Of a stretch of 64,000 nucleotides of DNA, positions 17,873 through 29,059 are shown piece by piece (the first letter of the stretch is position 1; every line of letters begins with the position of its first letter). The position numbers were made by a program, and so were the translations under genes. The notes beneath the pieces were generated by a model. That model was not told where the DNA came from. It saw only the letters and a program-made list of their open reading frames with translations, and ran no database searches. The DNA comes from Acidobacteriota bacterium (GTDB lineage: Bacteria; Acidobacteriota; Thermoanaerobaculia; Multivoradales; UBA5704): the NCBI GenBank assembly GCA_040005235.1, contig JBDTZG010000028.1:6940-70939 (forward strand), read 5' to 3'.

Positions 17873-20314
17873 ATGCCAAAGACTCGCCTTTTCTACGGGC
17901 AAGACGTCCGTTACGCTTTTCGCCTCCTGGCCAAGAGCCCGCTTTCTTCGCTCCTGACGGTGGTCGTTCTCGCCGGGGGATTGAGCGTGAGCATCTTCAC
18001 TTTCTCCTTTCTCTATACGGCGATGCTCAAGCCGCTGCCGGTTCGGGAAGGGGAGGGCATCGTCAAGCTCCTCTCGGTGACGAACGGATCTTGGGGGGCG
18101 ATCGACGCCGCGGATCTTGCCGCCGTTCGGCGTCGACTGACAAGCCTCACGGACCTCGGCGCCTATTCCTCTCGGGAGTTGGTGGTCGGCACGGGAGAAG
18201 GGACTCGCGCGATCCAAGCAACCGAGACCGAGTGGAACATCTTCGAGGTGACCCGGACCTTGCCGGCGCTCGGGCGCGGCTTTCGGCGGGAGGATCAAGT
18301 GGCGGGAGCCGAGCCGACGGTGGTGTTGAGCGACGGGGTCTTCCGGAGCGTCTTCGGCGGCGACCGCGATCTCATCGACCGCCATGTCGTCCTCTCCGGC
18401 GTTTCGACCCGCTTGATCGGGGTAATGCCGCCCGGCTACGGCTTTCCCGTGGCCTCGGAAGCCTGGGTGCCGATTCGGCCCGAAATCCTCTCTGCTACCG
18501 TTCCCAATCAGCAGGCGGTCGAGGCCTACGCCCGGTTGGCGCCGGGATCGAGCCGTCGACGGGCGGCGGCCGAGCTTTCGGCGCTCTTGCTGGGGGTGCG
18601 GCGCGCGCGTCCCGCGGAGGCTACCGCGGAGGAGCGGGCCGAGCCGACCGGGATGCGGGTGGAGACCTTTCCGATCGCCCAGATCGGCGAGGTGGCTCCC
18701 CTCCTGCTCGCCGTTCTCAATACCCTCGCGACTCTGATCCTGCTACTCGCCTGCGTCAACGTCACGAATCTTCTCCTGGCGCGCGCCAACGAGCGGGCTC
18801 GCGAGACCGCCGTCCGGCTCGCCCTCGGCGCGCCCCGGCCGCGACTGATCATGCAGTGCCTTTGGGAAATCGTCCTCCTCTGTGTCGCGGGCGGATCGCT
18901 GGCGACGGGTATCGCTGCGGCGGCTCTGGGGACCCTCAACGATTGGGCTCATGCCCACCTGGCGGGAAACCTGGCGTTCTGGTGGGTCTGGGGCTTCGAC
19001 CGTACCCTCGGGTTCGCGGCCGGTGCCTTCGTCACCTTGGCGGTCGCGGTTTTGGGCGGAGTGGTCGCGGTGCGGGCTACCCGCACGGAGGTCAACTCCA
19101 TTCTTCAGGAGGGTGGTGCGCGGAGCGGCGACCGGCGCGAGGGCCGCATGGCCCGTGCCCTGGTGGTGACTCAGGTGGCGACGGTTTCGGTGTTGATGTT
19201 CGTCGGCTGCATGTCGGGCGTCATCGCCTGGCGGGTCGTCCACGTGGACTTAGGTTTCGACACCCGCAACCTCCTTGAATCCTCGGTCGAGCTTCCGGCG
19301 GAGCGGTATCCGGACGCGCCCGCCCGGGGCCGGTTCTACCAAACGCTCTACGAGCAGCTCGTTGCGCGGCCGGAGCTGCTCGGGGTGGTTTTGCGTGAAC
19401 CGCTCGCCTCGATCTCCGGCGAGGAGGGCGAGTTCGAGCTGAGGGAGCCGGGCGCCGCCTCGGCTCGTGCGCGGACTTTCGTCCAGGCGGTGCTCGGGCC
19501 GCTCACTCCGCTCGGTATCGATCTCCGCGCGGGCCGATTCTTTGACAGCCGAGACCGCGAATCCTCCGAACCGACGGTTTTGGTGAGCCGGGCCTTCGCC
19601 TCGCGGACCTGGCCGAACCAGTCGCCGATCGGACGCCAGATCCGGCTCGTGGGCCTTGAAGAAAAGCGATGGCGGACGGTGGTCGGCGTAGTGGACGACG
19701 CAATGTTGGGCAACCCGCTCTCCCGCGATCGGAGCACGATCGCGGCCTACCTCCCGCTGCGGCAAACCGGGGCGGAAGAGGCAATGGTCCTATTTCGCCA
19801 CCGCGGCAGCCGCCCCGCGGGCCAGTCGGCGTTCCACCAGACGCTCGCCGGACTTGATCCGCTGCTCACTCCGGCCGGCGTCCAGAGCTTCGAAGAGGTC
19901 TTGGCCAAGACTACGATGATCGCCCGATCGGTGGCCGGGCTGTTCGGAATTTGCTTCGGCTTCGCGCTCCTGCTAGCGGCGAGCGGCACTTTCGGGCTGA
20001 TGGCCCGCTCGATCGGCCGGCGCACGCGCGAAATCGGCGTCCGGCGCGCCCTGGGCGCTTCGGAGCGAAACATCCTCCGAATGCTCTTGGGTCAGGGCGG
20101 CCGGCAGCTGGGCATAGGCGCGCTCTTCGCGTTGCCGCTCACCGTGCTCGCGGGGTTCGGGTTCTCGCATTTCTTTCCTGTCTCGTTCGGTCTGTCGGTC
20201 GGTGTCGCACTCCTGGTCGCCGCCTCGGTCGGTGCGATGGTGCTCGCCGCGACCTGGGTGCCAGGTCGCCAGGCGGTCGCGGTCGAGCCGCGAGACGCCC
20301 TCTGGCGGGAGTGA
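17873..20314 (+). CDS. duplicated MacB/FtsX-like ABC permease (ADOP-type, no adjacent ATPase)
   Basis: 813 aa. Typical N-terminus (DVRYAFRLLAKSPLSSLLTVVVLAGGLSVSIFTFSFLY) and two MacB_PCD+FtsX halves. No ABC ATPase is next to it. Confidence 0.85.
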   Translation: MPKTRLFYGQDVRYAFRLLAKSPLSSLLTVVVLAGGLSVSIFTFSFLYTAMLKPLPVREGEGIVKLLSVTNGSWGAIDAADLAAVRRRLTSLTDLGAYSSRELVVGTGEGTRAIQATETEWNIFEVTRTLPALGRGFRREDQVAGAEPTVVLSDGVFRSVFGGDRDLIDRHVVLSGVSTRLIGVMPPGYGFPVASEAWVPIRPEILSATVPNQQAVEAYARLAPGSSRRRAAAELSALLLGVRRARPAEATAEERAEPTGMRVETFPIAQIGEVAPLLLAVLNTLATLILLLACVNVTNLLLARANERARETAVRLALGAPRPRLIMQCLWEIVLLCVAGGSLATGIAAAALGTLNDWAHAHLAGNLAFWWVWGFDRTLGFAAGAFVTLAVAVLGGVVAVRATRTEVNSILQEGGARSGDRREGRMARALVVTQVATVSVLMFVGCMSGVIAWRVVHVDLGFDTRNLLESSVELPAERYPDAPARGRFYQTLYEQLVARPELLGVVLREPLASISGEEGEFELREPGAASARARTFVQAVLGPLTPLGIDLRAGRFFDSRDRESSEPTVLVSRAFASRTWPNQSPIGRQIRLVGLEEKRWRTVVGVVDDAMLGNPLSRDRSTIAAYLPLRQTGAEEAMVLFRHRGSRPAGQSAFHQTLAGLDPLLTPAGVQSFEEVLAKTTMIARSVAGLFGICFGFALLLAASGTFGLMARSIGRRTREIGVRRALGASERNILRMLLGQGGRQLGIGALFALPLTVLAGFGFSHFFPVSFGLSVGVALLVAASVGAMVLAATWVPGRQAVAVEPRDALWRE

Positions 20315-20427
20315 ACCGCAGTGGGGGCTGAACGCCCGCCGACCTACCCGGCGGGTCGTTGCCTCGCCCTGGGCTTGCCTTTATCCTGTGCCTTCCGATC
20401 CGCCGAACCGACCTTCGAGGAGGCCGC

Positions 20428-22362
<1,935 letters not shown>

Positions 22363-22384
22363 GGGAAGGACCCCCTCCAGTATG

Positions 22385-23209
22385 CTACTCATTCGGGTGA
22401 ATGACAGGGAAGGTGATGCCGAACACGCTGTAAGCAACCTCCTGTTCGGTAGTCCATAGGCGATGGTCGATGCCTCGGTATTCGATAACGAACGGAATTC
22501 GTAGAGACCTCGGGCCCTGCGACGGCATGGGTACCTCTAATAGCGCGCGCTGGAGCGATGCGTTAAAGTTGCTGACGTTTTCATGAATGAACTCGCCAGG
22601 CTGGAGGCTTTGGAAAGGTCCTCTCACCAATGAGCTGCGGTCGCCGATACTGATCTTGGGTATATTGATGTTAACTGCTGACGCGAGACCAAGATTCACA
22701 ATGCGGACTCTCTCCACGGTGTACTCTTGGCCGGTCTCTTCGTGCTCGACTGCTTCGCGAAAATATTCGTCTATAACTACCCAGGGCCTCTGAGGCATCG
22801 TGACTATCGTTCCAGGAGCTCGGCTATCCAGTTCGCTGAGTGCAGTTTCCTCAGCTAATTGTTTCCAGGAGCGTAGGATAGTTTCGGGAAACCGATTTAC
22901 ATCAGAATCGATGAGTTTTGCGCAGGTTTGGCAAAGCCAAATCGCATTTTCTGCAGACTTTCTCTGTGACGCTGTAATTTCTGGATGGTAGCGAGGTCCG
23001 CCTGGAGAAGCGGAAGTGATATGAGCTGCCACGCCAACATTGATCACACCGTTCCCAAGGAGAGCTGGGCCGCAGGTTTGTTTTCGGCACTTTTCATTCG
23101 AACAGTGGTTGGCAACGCGGTGAGCCAGTTCTGCTTTGATTTTTGCGCTGAAGTCGTCTCTCATCCGTAGAGCCTCTAGTTCTTTTGTTGATCGAGAGAT
23201 CAGATACAT
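22385..23209 (-). CDS. HNH-nuclease-motif protein with unknown C-terminal domain
   Basis: CSNEKCRKQTC...AAHITSASPGGPRY...NAIWLCQTCAKLID shows a Cys pair, a His and an N...LC..C layout. It lies in visibly lower-GC DNA. Confidence 0.55.
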   Translation of the reverse strand: MYLISRSTKELEALRMRDDFSAKIKAELAHRVANHCSNEKCRKQTCGPALLGNGVINVGVAAHITSASPGGPRYHPEITASQRKSAENAIWLCQTCAKLIDSDVNRFPETILRSWKQLAEETALSELDSRAPGTIVTMPQRPWVVIDEYFREAVEHEETGQEYTVERVRIVNLGLASAVNINIPKISIGDRSSLVRGPFQSLQPGEFIHENVSNFNASLQRALLEVPMPSQGPRSLRIPFVIEYRGIDHRLWTTEQEVAYSVFGITFPVIHPNE

Positions 23210-23249
23210 CCACGGGCTCCTGGTTTAATTCTTGAAGGGCGAATTTCAA

Positions 23250-23331
23250 GGGCCGAAGGCCCATCCAATAATAGCCTAGGGCAACGCCCTAGGTTCCCGG
23301 TTCGCGCCCACCCCAAAAGGGCTGAAGGCCC
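23250..23331. repeat. REP-like hairpin cluster (3' side of the RAYT gene)
   Basis: GGGCCGAAGGCCC (23250-23262), CCTAGGGCAACGCCCTAGG (23275-23293), GGGCTGAAGGCCC (23319-23331). Confidence 0.65.
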
Positions 23332-23344
23332 GCACCATCCACCC

Positions 23345-23797
23345 TTAATCCCACACATACCGCTCATCGTAAGCCACTTTATATTTCGCCAGGAACGCCC
23401 GATATTCCTCCTGGAACGTGCGCGTTCGATGGTGCTCCTCCTGGTTGTCAATGTAGGCCACCAAAGCCTCCAGATCGCCGGGGCCGACAGAGAACACGCC
23501 GTAGCCGCGTTGCCACGCAAAGTTCTGAAGATCGGGCGACTGGGTCTTGAGCCATTTTGAGGAGGAAGTCTTGAGCTCTTCGACGAGGGCGGCAATCGTG
23601 ATCGTTCGAGAAAAGCGAATCGCCATGTGAACATGATCGGCCACGCCTCCGGCGCGATCGCAGAGGCAGCCCGCGTTGCGGGCGACGGTGGCCAAGTAGG
23701 CGTGTAGCGGTGTGCGGATCGTCGGTCCTATATATGCATAACGGTCCTTCGTGCTAAAGATCAGGTGAAGGACGACGTTGGCTAGCGATTGTGGCAT
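23345..23797 (-). CDS. IS200/IS605 family Y1 (HUH) transposase, REP-associated tyrosine transposase-like
   Basis: HUH motif (DHVHMAI), WQRGYGVFSV, and the Tyr region LVAYIDNQEEHH. 150 aa. Confidence 0.85.
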   Translation of the reverse strand: MPQSLANVVLHLIFSTKDRYAYIGPTIRTPLHAYLATVARNAGCLCDRAGGVADHVHMAIRFSRTITIAALVEELKTSSSKWLKTQSPDLQNFAWQRGYGVFSVGPGDLEALVAYIDNQEEHHRTRTFQEEYRAFLAKYKVAYDERYVWD

Positions 23798-23810
23798 GGT
23801 GAGTTAGGGC

Positions 23811-23893
23811 GGACTTTCAGTCCTTGGTGGGGTGCCAAACGGTCCTGTCCTGGGGCGTTGCCCCAGGCTTTTATAGGTTCGCGCCTTTGGCGC
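23811..23893. repeat. REP-like hairpin cluster (5' side of the RAYT gene)
   Basis: GGACTTTCAGTCC (23811-23823), CCTGGGGCGTTGCCCCAGG (23849-23867), GCGCCTTTGGCGC (23881-23893). Confidence 0.65.
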
Positions 23894-24046
23894 TGGCGGG
23901 ATCGTACACCTCGCCGACGGGTGGCGGCGACTCAGCTTCCTTAGCGTGTAATCCCCCTTACCGTTGGTGCCAAAGGGTAGACTGTGCTGAATCGGCACTG
24001 AGCACGGCCAGGAACCGCCGCAATCACCCTTCGATCTAAGCCAGGC

Positions 24047-24592
24047 ATGATCAACGTGAAGCCTTGGTTCCGCCGCACGGTCTTGATTCTCGGTAGCGCG
24101 ATTCCTGTCAGTTTCGCCATTGGCTTTCTCGGCCATGGCGAATTTCCCGTGACGCATGTTGCGGTCCAGGCACTGGTAGTTGGTGGGTTCGTCTTTCTGG
24201 TCGTTGGCGGCGTGCTTCCCGCTACGCTGGCACGAGGGAAGAGCAGTGTCCTTCGATCGGGGCTGGTGTGTCTCGTCGCCGCGTTGCTCGTTTTTCCGGC
24301 GGCGCGGCTCGCCTGGCGCATCGACCTCTTCCGGTTCGACCGCTACGTTCGCCGCGAGCTGACTACGAAGCTCGAATCGACCCGCGCCGCACGGGGCGAA
24401 TATCCGGAAAGTTTATCCGCCCTCGGCTTACCCTCCGCAGCGAGTCCCTGGCTCTTGAAGCGAAGCGGTTTTGTACCGAAAGGAGGAGGCTTCACGATCT
24501 CGGTAATGGACCCGGGGGTTTGCGGACACCTACTGACCTACGATTCCGTTAGCACTCGTTGGGCCGAGTCGTGGGAGTCGTGCTGGTTCTGA
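24047..24592 (+). CDS. hypothetical membrane protein
   Basis: 181 aa with about 3 hydrophobic helices at the N-terminus. No recognisable motif. Confidence 0.45.
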   Translation: MINVKPWFRRTVLILGSAIPVSFAIGFLGHGEFPVTHVAVQALVVGGFVFLVVGGVLPATLARGKSSVLRSGLVCLVAALLVFPAARLAWRIDLFRFDRYVRRELTTKLESTRAARGEYPESLSALGLPSAASPWLLKRSGFVPKGGGFTISVMDPGVCGHLLTYDSVSTRWAESWESCWF

Positions 24593-24711
24593 GGACCGGG
24601 TCTGCCCGTCCCATGGGATCCGGGATTCGGACCGGACACCACGGGCTGAGAGCTCGCGAGAGATAGGATCTCTTCTCCTGAGAGAGCACACAGGAAAGGG
24701 AAGCCTCACAG

Positions 24712-26853
24712 ATGAGCCCGTTTTCGAAGTCTGGCGCGGTGATCGCCGCTTTTGCGGTGGCCGCGGTCACGGCCACCCACGCGCAGGCGTCCTCACCCGC
24801 TGCCGCTGCCCCCACCCCCTTCGCCGCCCTCTACCAGGCGATCGGGAATCCCAAGATCGACGCCTCCATGCCCGCCCCGGCGCGCCTGATGATCGGCCGG
24901 GCGGAGATTCGTCCCGCGGCAGGCGCCCAACTCTGGCGGATGGTGGCGAATGGCCGTCCTTGCGGGGTGATGCTGGACGGTCCGGCGGTTTGGAGCTACC
25001 GGGTGGAGGATCGGTTCTCGCAGCCGATCGCCAAGCGGAATGCTCGGCGGGGATCGAAGTTGGAGGCAAAGGACGAGGACGGCGTGCTGGTGTTGAGCGG
25101 GAACCTTCGCGGGGTGGCGATCTGGAGTTGGTCGATCGCTTCGGAGTTGAGCTCGGCGGGGGCGACGGAGTGGCATGCTGGAGAGTCTCGGAAGCTCCCC
25201 GAGTGGGCGACGGATCGGTTGTCGCATCGCCTGTCGGCGAATCCCGCGCGCGACCTTCTTTTGAGCGACGGCAACGGCGATCCGCGGTATGCCTGGACAC
25301 TGCTTCATGGCGACAAGGTCGACTACGTGCTCGATTGGGATGCTCGGACGACCGTGGCGAGCGAATCGTTGTCGCGGGCGGAAACCGAGCCGCTCGCCAG
25401 CGAATACCGCGGGCGGTGGAGTGACGTCGAGATCGCAGCCCAGCCGATCGGCCGCTCTTGGTGGGATGCGCCCGGCGCGCTCGAATGGGTGAGCGTCGCG
25501 ACCGACCTCGACGTGAAGGAGCAGCCGGGAGACCGGGCGCGAGTGGCGAGCCGGGTGCGGATGGAGGCGAAGGCGCCGGGGCTCAAGGTGCTCGCCCTGG
25601 CGCTTCTCTCCGAGACGGCGAACAGCGCGGGCTCGCTCCGTCCGGCGACGCTCGAAAAGGTGACGATCGCCGGCCAGCCGGCCGACTACGTGATGGACCG
25701 CAACCACCTGTTGATCGCTCTGCCGCAGCCGGTGGCCAAGGGGGGAACCGTCGAGGTCGAGACGGTCTGGTCGGGCGAGTTGCTCGCCCGGCCGAACGGC
25801 GATAGCTATTGGCGGGTGGGCGGCATTCCTTGGTACCCCATGCCGGTCGGGGCGGGGAGCGCGCCGGCTTCGAGCTTTCACGTCGCGCTCGAAGTGCGGA
25901 AGCCGTTCGTCCCCTTCGCGCCCGGCAAGACCCTCGAACGGACCGAGACGGCGGAGACGAACAAGGTTGTCACCGAGCTGGCGGGGCCGATGTCGATCGC
26001 CTACATCGGCGCCGGAAAATACGCGACCGGCACCACGACCGAGGGGGATTTCAAGATCGGGATCTCGACCTACGGCGCCCGATTGCCGGGCGAGCTGGAG
26101 CACGCGGGCGAGATCGTCCTGGGCTCTCGACGGTGCCTGACCGACCTGTTGGCCGAGCCCTATCCGTTCGCCGAGCTGCACGTGCTCGAAGTGAACGAGT
26201 GGGGCTGGGGCCAGGCGCCCCCGGGGATGATCTTCATCACCAAAGAGGCTTTCTTGAGCAAGGCGCGGCTGCGGGCGATGAAGACCCAGCAGGGTCTCGC
26301 GCGCGCCATGGTCGCGAACGTCGATGCCCGAATCACCCACGAGGTGGCGCACGGTTGGTTTCCCCACGTGGCGCAGATCAACGATTCCGAGGACGCCTGG
26401 CTGTCGGAGAGCTTCGCGGAGTACGTCTCCTCCGTCTGCGTCAGCCTGCTCGCCTCGGGAGCGCGCGAGCGCGACGCCGCCTGGCAGTTCCAGCTCACGC
26501 AGTGGAAAGAGCTGGTCCGCTCGCTCGGCGATGAGCCCGCGGCGAGCGTCTTCTCCGCGAATCGCATCCCCATCGCCTCGGGCGAAGATTTCGCGATGCG
26601 CCGGGCACTCCTCTACGGCAAGGGGCCGCTCGTCCTCCACGCCTTGCGGCAAGAGCTGGAACGCCAGGCCGGCAACCAGGCCGACGGCGATCGCTTGTTC
26701 TTCAACTGGTTGCGCCGCATCCTCCACGACCACCGGTTCGCGATCACCCACACCCAGGACATCGTTGCGATTCTCGAAGAGATGACCGGCAAGCCATGGC
26801 GCCCGTGGTTCGAGAAATATATTTACAACAGCGACATCCCCAAAATCGACTGA
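24712..26853 (+). CDS. secreted M1-family (gluzincin) metallopeptidase
   Basis: Signal peptide. HEVAH followed exactly 18 residues later by E (THEVAHGWFPHVAQINDSEDAWLSESFAEY), i.e. HEXXH-X18-E. Confidence 0.8.
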   Translation: MSPFSKSGAVIAAFAVAAVTATHAQASSPAAAAPTPFAALYQAIGNPKIDASMPAPARLMIGRAEIRPAAGAQLWRMVANGRPCGVMLDGPAVWSYRVEDRFSQPIAKRNARRGSKLEAKDEDGVLVLSGNLRGVAIWSWSIASELSSAGATEWHAGESRKLPEWATDRLSHRLSANPARDLLLSDGNGDPRYAWTLLHGDKVDYVLDWDARTTVASESLSRAETEPLASEYRGRWSDVEIAAQPIGRSWWDAPGALEWVSVATDLDVKEQPGDRARVASRVRMEAKAPGLKVLALALLSETANSAGSLRPATLEKVTIAGQPADYVMDRNHLLIALPQPVAKGGTVEVETVWSGELLARPNGDSYWRVGGIPWYPMPVGAGSAPASSFHVALEVRKPFVPFAPGKTLERTETAETNKVVTELAGPMSIAYIGAGKYATGTTTEGDFKIGISTYGARLPGELEHAGEIVLGSRRCLTDLLAEPYPFAELHVLEVNEWGWGQAPPGMIFITKEAFLSKARLRAMKTQQGLARAMVANVDARITHEVAHGWFPHVAQINDSEDAWLSESFAEYVSSVCVSLLASGARERDAAWQFQLTQWKELVRSLGDEPAASVFSANRIPIASGEDFAMRRALLYGKGPLVLHALRQELERQAGNQADGDRLFFNWLRRILHDHRFAITHTQDIVAILEEMTGKPWRPWFEKYIYNSDIPKID

Positions 26854-26870
26854 GAGGAGAATCGAAAGCG

Positions 26871-27356
26871 ATGACCTCGACCCTGCGCACCGGTGCGATT
26901 GGCGCCATGCTTGACGAATACGATCGAGCTGCGGCGGAGCTGTACCGCCTGATCGAAAGCCTTCCGGAAGCGGACTATCTGCGGATTGACCCCAAGGTCA
27001 CCGACGAAGACGGCCGGTCCGTCCAGACGATCATGTCTCACGTCGTGGGCGCCGGATACAGCTACGCCTTCTACATCCGCCAAGCGCTCGGGATGGAAGC
27101 CGCGCGGCCCGCCCGCCCGCTGTTGTCTCAAACCGAGGTGCTCTCCGGTTTCCAGGCGATGCTCGCCCACACCGCCCAATCGTTGGAGGGTCGGTGGGAG
27201 ATGCCCTACGAAGAAATGGAGAGCATCGCGATCCAATCCCGGTGGGGGCCGACCTACAACCTCGAACAGATGCTGGAGCACGCGATCGTCCACATCCTGC
27301 GGCACCGCCGGCAGATCGAGAAGATGGGGTTGGGGGCGGCGGCGCCAAAGGCGTGA
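26871..27356 (+). CDS. DinB-family protein
   Basis: RBS GAGGAGA lies before ATG 26871. SHVVGAGYSY...LEHAIVHILRHRRQIEKM. Confidence 0.65.
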   Translation: MTSTLRTGAIGAMLDEYDRAAAELYRLIESLPEADYLRIDPKVTDEDGRSVQTIMSHVVGAGYSYAFYIRQALGMEAARPARPLLSQTEVLSGFQAMLAHTAQSLEGRWEMPYEEMESIAIQSRWGPTYNLEQMLEHAIVHILRHRRQIEKMGLGAAAPKA

Positions 27357-27393
27357 AGACGCCTGAGCTTTGCAGGCATCGGGTTCGAATTTC

Positions 27394-28071
27394 ATGTCAC
27401 CGTCCAACTTCCCTGCCACCGGTTTCGCACTCGTTCCGGAGGTCTTCTCCGCTGCGGAGTGCGAAACGCTCGCCGCGCTTGCACAGCCCTCGGATGGCGC
27501 TTCCCGAGGAACCCGCAGCCTCCTCCAGCAGCCGTGGTGCGCAGCGCTGGCGGAGCGCCTCCGGGCGCACCCGGTGCTGTCGGCTCTGATCCCGGCTGAT
27601 CTCGCGGCCGTTCAGTGTACATACTTCGAGAAATCGGCCGCGCGCAATTGGCTGGTTCCGTTCCACCAAGACTTGAGTATTCCGGTGGCCGAACGGGTCG
27701 AGGCTCCAGGGCTTCGGGGCTGGTCTAAGAAGGAGGGTGGCCTGTTCGTTCAGCCGCCTGTTACGCTTCTGGAGCAGATGCTCGCGGTTCGGCTCCATCT
27801 CGATGCGTGCTCGGAGAACGATGGTCCGCTGCGGGTCGTTCCGGGTTCTCACCTGGAGGGTCGCCTCGAACCGGAAGGGGCTGCGCGCGCACGGGCGCAC
27901 GGAACGGAAGTCGCGTGTATCGCGGACGCGGGCGCGGCGGTCGTTCTCCGGCCTCTTCTCCTACACGCATCCTCGAAGGCCACCGGCGAGAGTCGTCGTC
28001 GCGTGCTGCATTTCGTCTTTGGCCCCCGCGAGCTGCCGTTTGGCCTCCGTTGGCCGATTTCCACGCCGTAA
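27394..28071 (+). CDS. phytanoyl-CoA dioxygenase (PhyH) family Fe(II)/2OG oxygenase
   Basis: WLVPFHQDLSIPV (HxD), LRVVPGSHLEG and VLRPLLLHASS. Confidence 0.75.
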   Translation: MSPSNFPATGFALVPEVFSAAECETLAALAQPSDGASRGTRSLLQQPWCAALAERLRAHPVLSALIPADLAAVQCTYFEKSAARNWLVPFHQDLSIPVAERVEAPGLRGWSKKEGGLFVQPPVTLLEQMLAVRLHLDACSENDGPLRVVPGSHLEGRLEPEGAARARAHGTEVACIADAGAAVVLRPLLLHASSKATGESRRRVLHFVFGPRELPFGLRWPISTP

Positions 28072-28149
28072 CGTCGCTCTCGGCGACCGCAGTTGCTGAT
28101 GGCTCGGCGCGCTGCAAACTCCGGCGCGGATAGCGGCTATTCGGCGTTT

Positions 28150-28452
28150 TTACGCGGCTCCGCGCTCCAAAGCGGGAGAACAGCTAACGTCAACTCTGAC
28201 TCCGGCGCGAGCGAGCATGTCGACCAGGGAGTCGCTGCTAAAGAGATCGACTCGTCCTCGCACCAGGTCGCTGATCCGAGGTTGGGTGACGCCGAACAAC
28301 TGCGCGGCCTTGATCTGCGTCAGCTTGCGATCCTGCATCAGCTTGCGAATCGTGAACATCAACGACGAGCGTAATTCGAGATGCGCCGCTTCCTCCGCTC
28401 CGAAGCCTAGATCCAAGAAAACGTTGCCGCTCGAAGGTGTGATTTCACTCAT
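28150..28452 (-). CDS. XRE-family HTH protein, HigA/COG5606-like antitoxin (orphan)
   Basis: SSGNVFLDLGF...KLTQIKAAQLFGVTQPRISDLVRGRVDLFSSDSLVDMLARAGVRVDV. No toxin-sized ORF lies upstream. Confidence 0.7.
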   Translation of the reverse strand: MSEITPSSGNVFLDLGFGAEEAAHLELRSSLMFTIRKLMQDRKLTQIKAAQLFGVTQPRISDLVRGRVDLFSSDSLVDMLARAGVRVDVSCSPALERGAA

Positions 28453-28737
28453 GCGGAGCGGCTTCATTGGCAGAGAACTATACAAGCTTCAGTATGCCGC
28501 ACCAAGCGAGGCGCCACGCGCGCTTCAAAGATAACCGGCAAGTCCACATCCTGCGGCACCGTCGGCAGGTCGAGAAGATAGCCGCTGTCTCCACGCCGTA
28601 ACGTCGCTCTCGGCGACCGCAGTTGCTGATGCCTCGGCGGGCTGCGAAATCCGGTGCGGAAAGCGGCTATCCGGCGCGTAAAGCCGATTGCGGAGCCCGA
28701 TTGCCGGATTCGGGAGTTGAACCGCGTGTTTTGCGAC

Positions 28738-28997
28738 GGCAAGCCGCGTTTCGGGACCGCATTCGCGGTTCTGGGACCGCAAGCCGCTTCCTGAGACGGA
28801 TAGCCGCTTCCTGGGACTTCTCGCCGCTTTCTGGGACGGATAGCCGCTTCCTGGGACTTCTCGCCGCTTCCTGGGACGGATAGCCGCTTCCTGGGACCTC
28901 TCTCCGCTTCCTGGGACGGATAGCCGCTTCCTGGGACTTCAAGCCGCTTCCTGGGACGGATAGCGACTTCCTGGGACAGATCGCGGAGTTTCGGGAC
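28738..28997. repeat. tandem 20-bp minisatellite, about 13 units, with a 40-bp super-period
   Basis: The units keep an exact 20-bp phase. A 15-bp core GCCGCTTCCTGGGAC is preceded by alternating 5-mers GGATA / TTCTC (for example 28798, 28818, 28838, 28858, 28878). Confidence 0.9.
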
Positions 28998-29059
28998 GGC
29001 TACGCGCTTTCCGCGGCGCGGAGCCGACTGCGGCGACTTTTCTCCGTGATTCCTGACCG

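Larger units (their letters stand above)
23215..23930 (-). mobile_element. IS200/IS605-like Y1 transposase (RAYT-type) unit with flanking REP-like hairpins
   Basis: A transposase CDS is bracketed by clusters of short GC hairpins. The hairpin CCTAGGGCAACGCCCTAGG (left) recurs as a near-identical palindromic hairpin (2 mismatches) CCTGGGGCGTTGCCCCAGG (right). Confidence 0.7.

Noticed and set aside
17431-19278. 615-aa plus-strand ORF overlapping the CAO-like gene end and the ADOP permease gene in another frame
   Set aside because: The translation is Arg/Gly-rich. The ADOP frame (17873-20314) gives the recognisable MacB/FtsX sequence.
24793-26751. 652-aa minus-strand ORF antisense to the M1 peptidase gene
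   Set aside because: Shadow ORF. The plus strand has a signal peptide and an exact HEXXH-X18-E motif.
28453-28540. Toxin partner upstream of the XRE antitoxin-like gene
   Set aside because: There are only about 90 bp before the duplication scar and no ORF of toxin size. The MKPLR codons just upstream of the antitoxin ATG resemble a toxin N-terminus only superficially.
28738-28997. Possible CRISPR array
   Set aside because: A 15-bp conserved core with only 5-bp variable spacers, and no cas genes nearby. This is a minisatellite, not repeat-spacer architecture.
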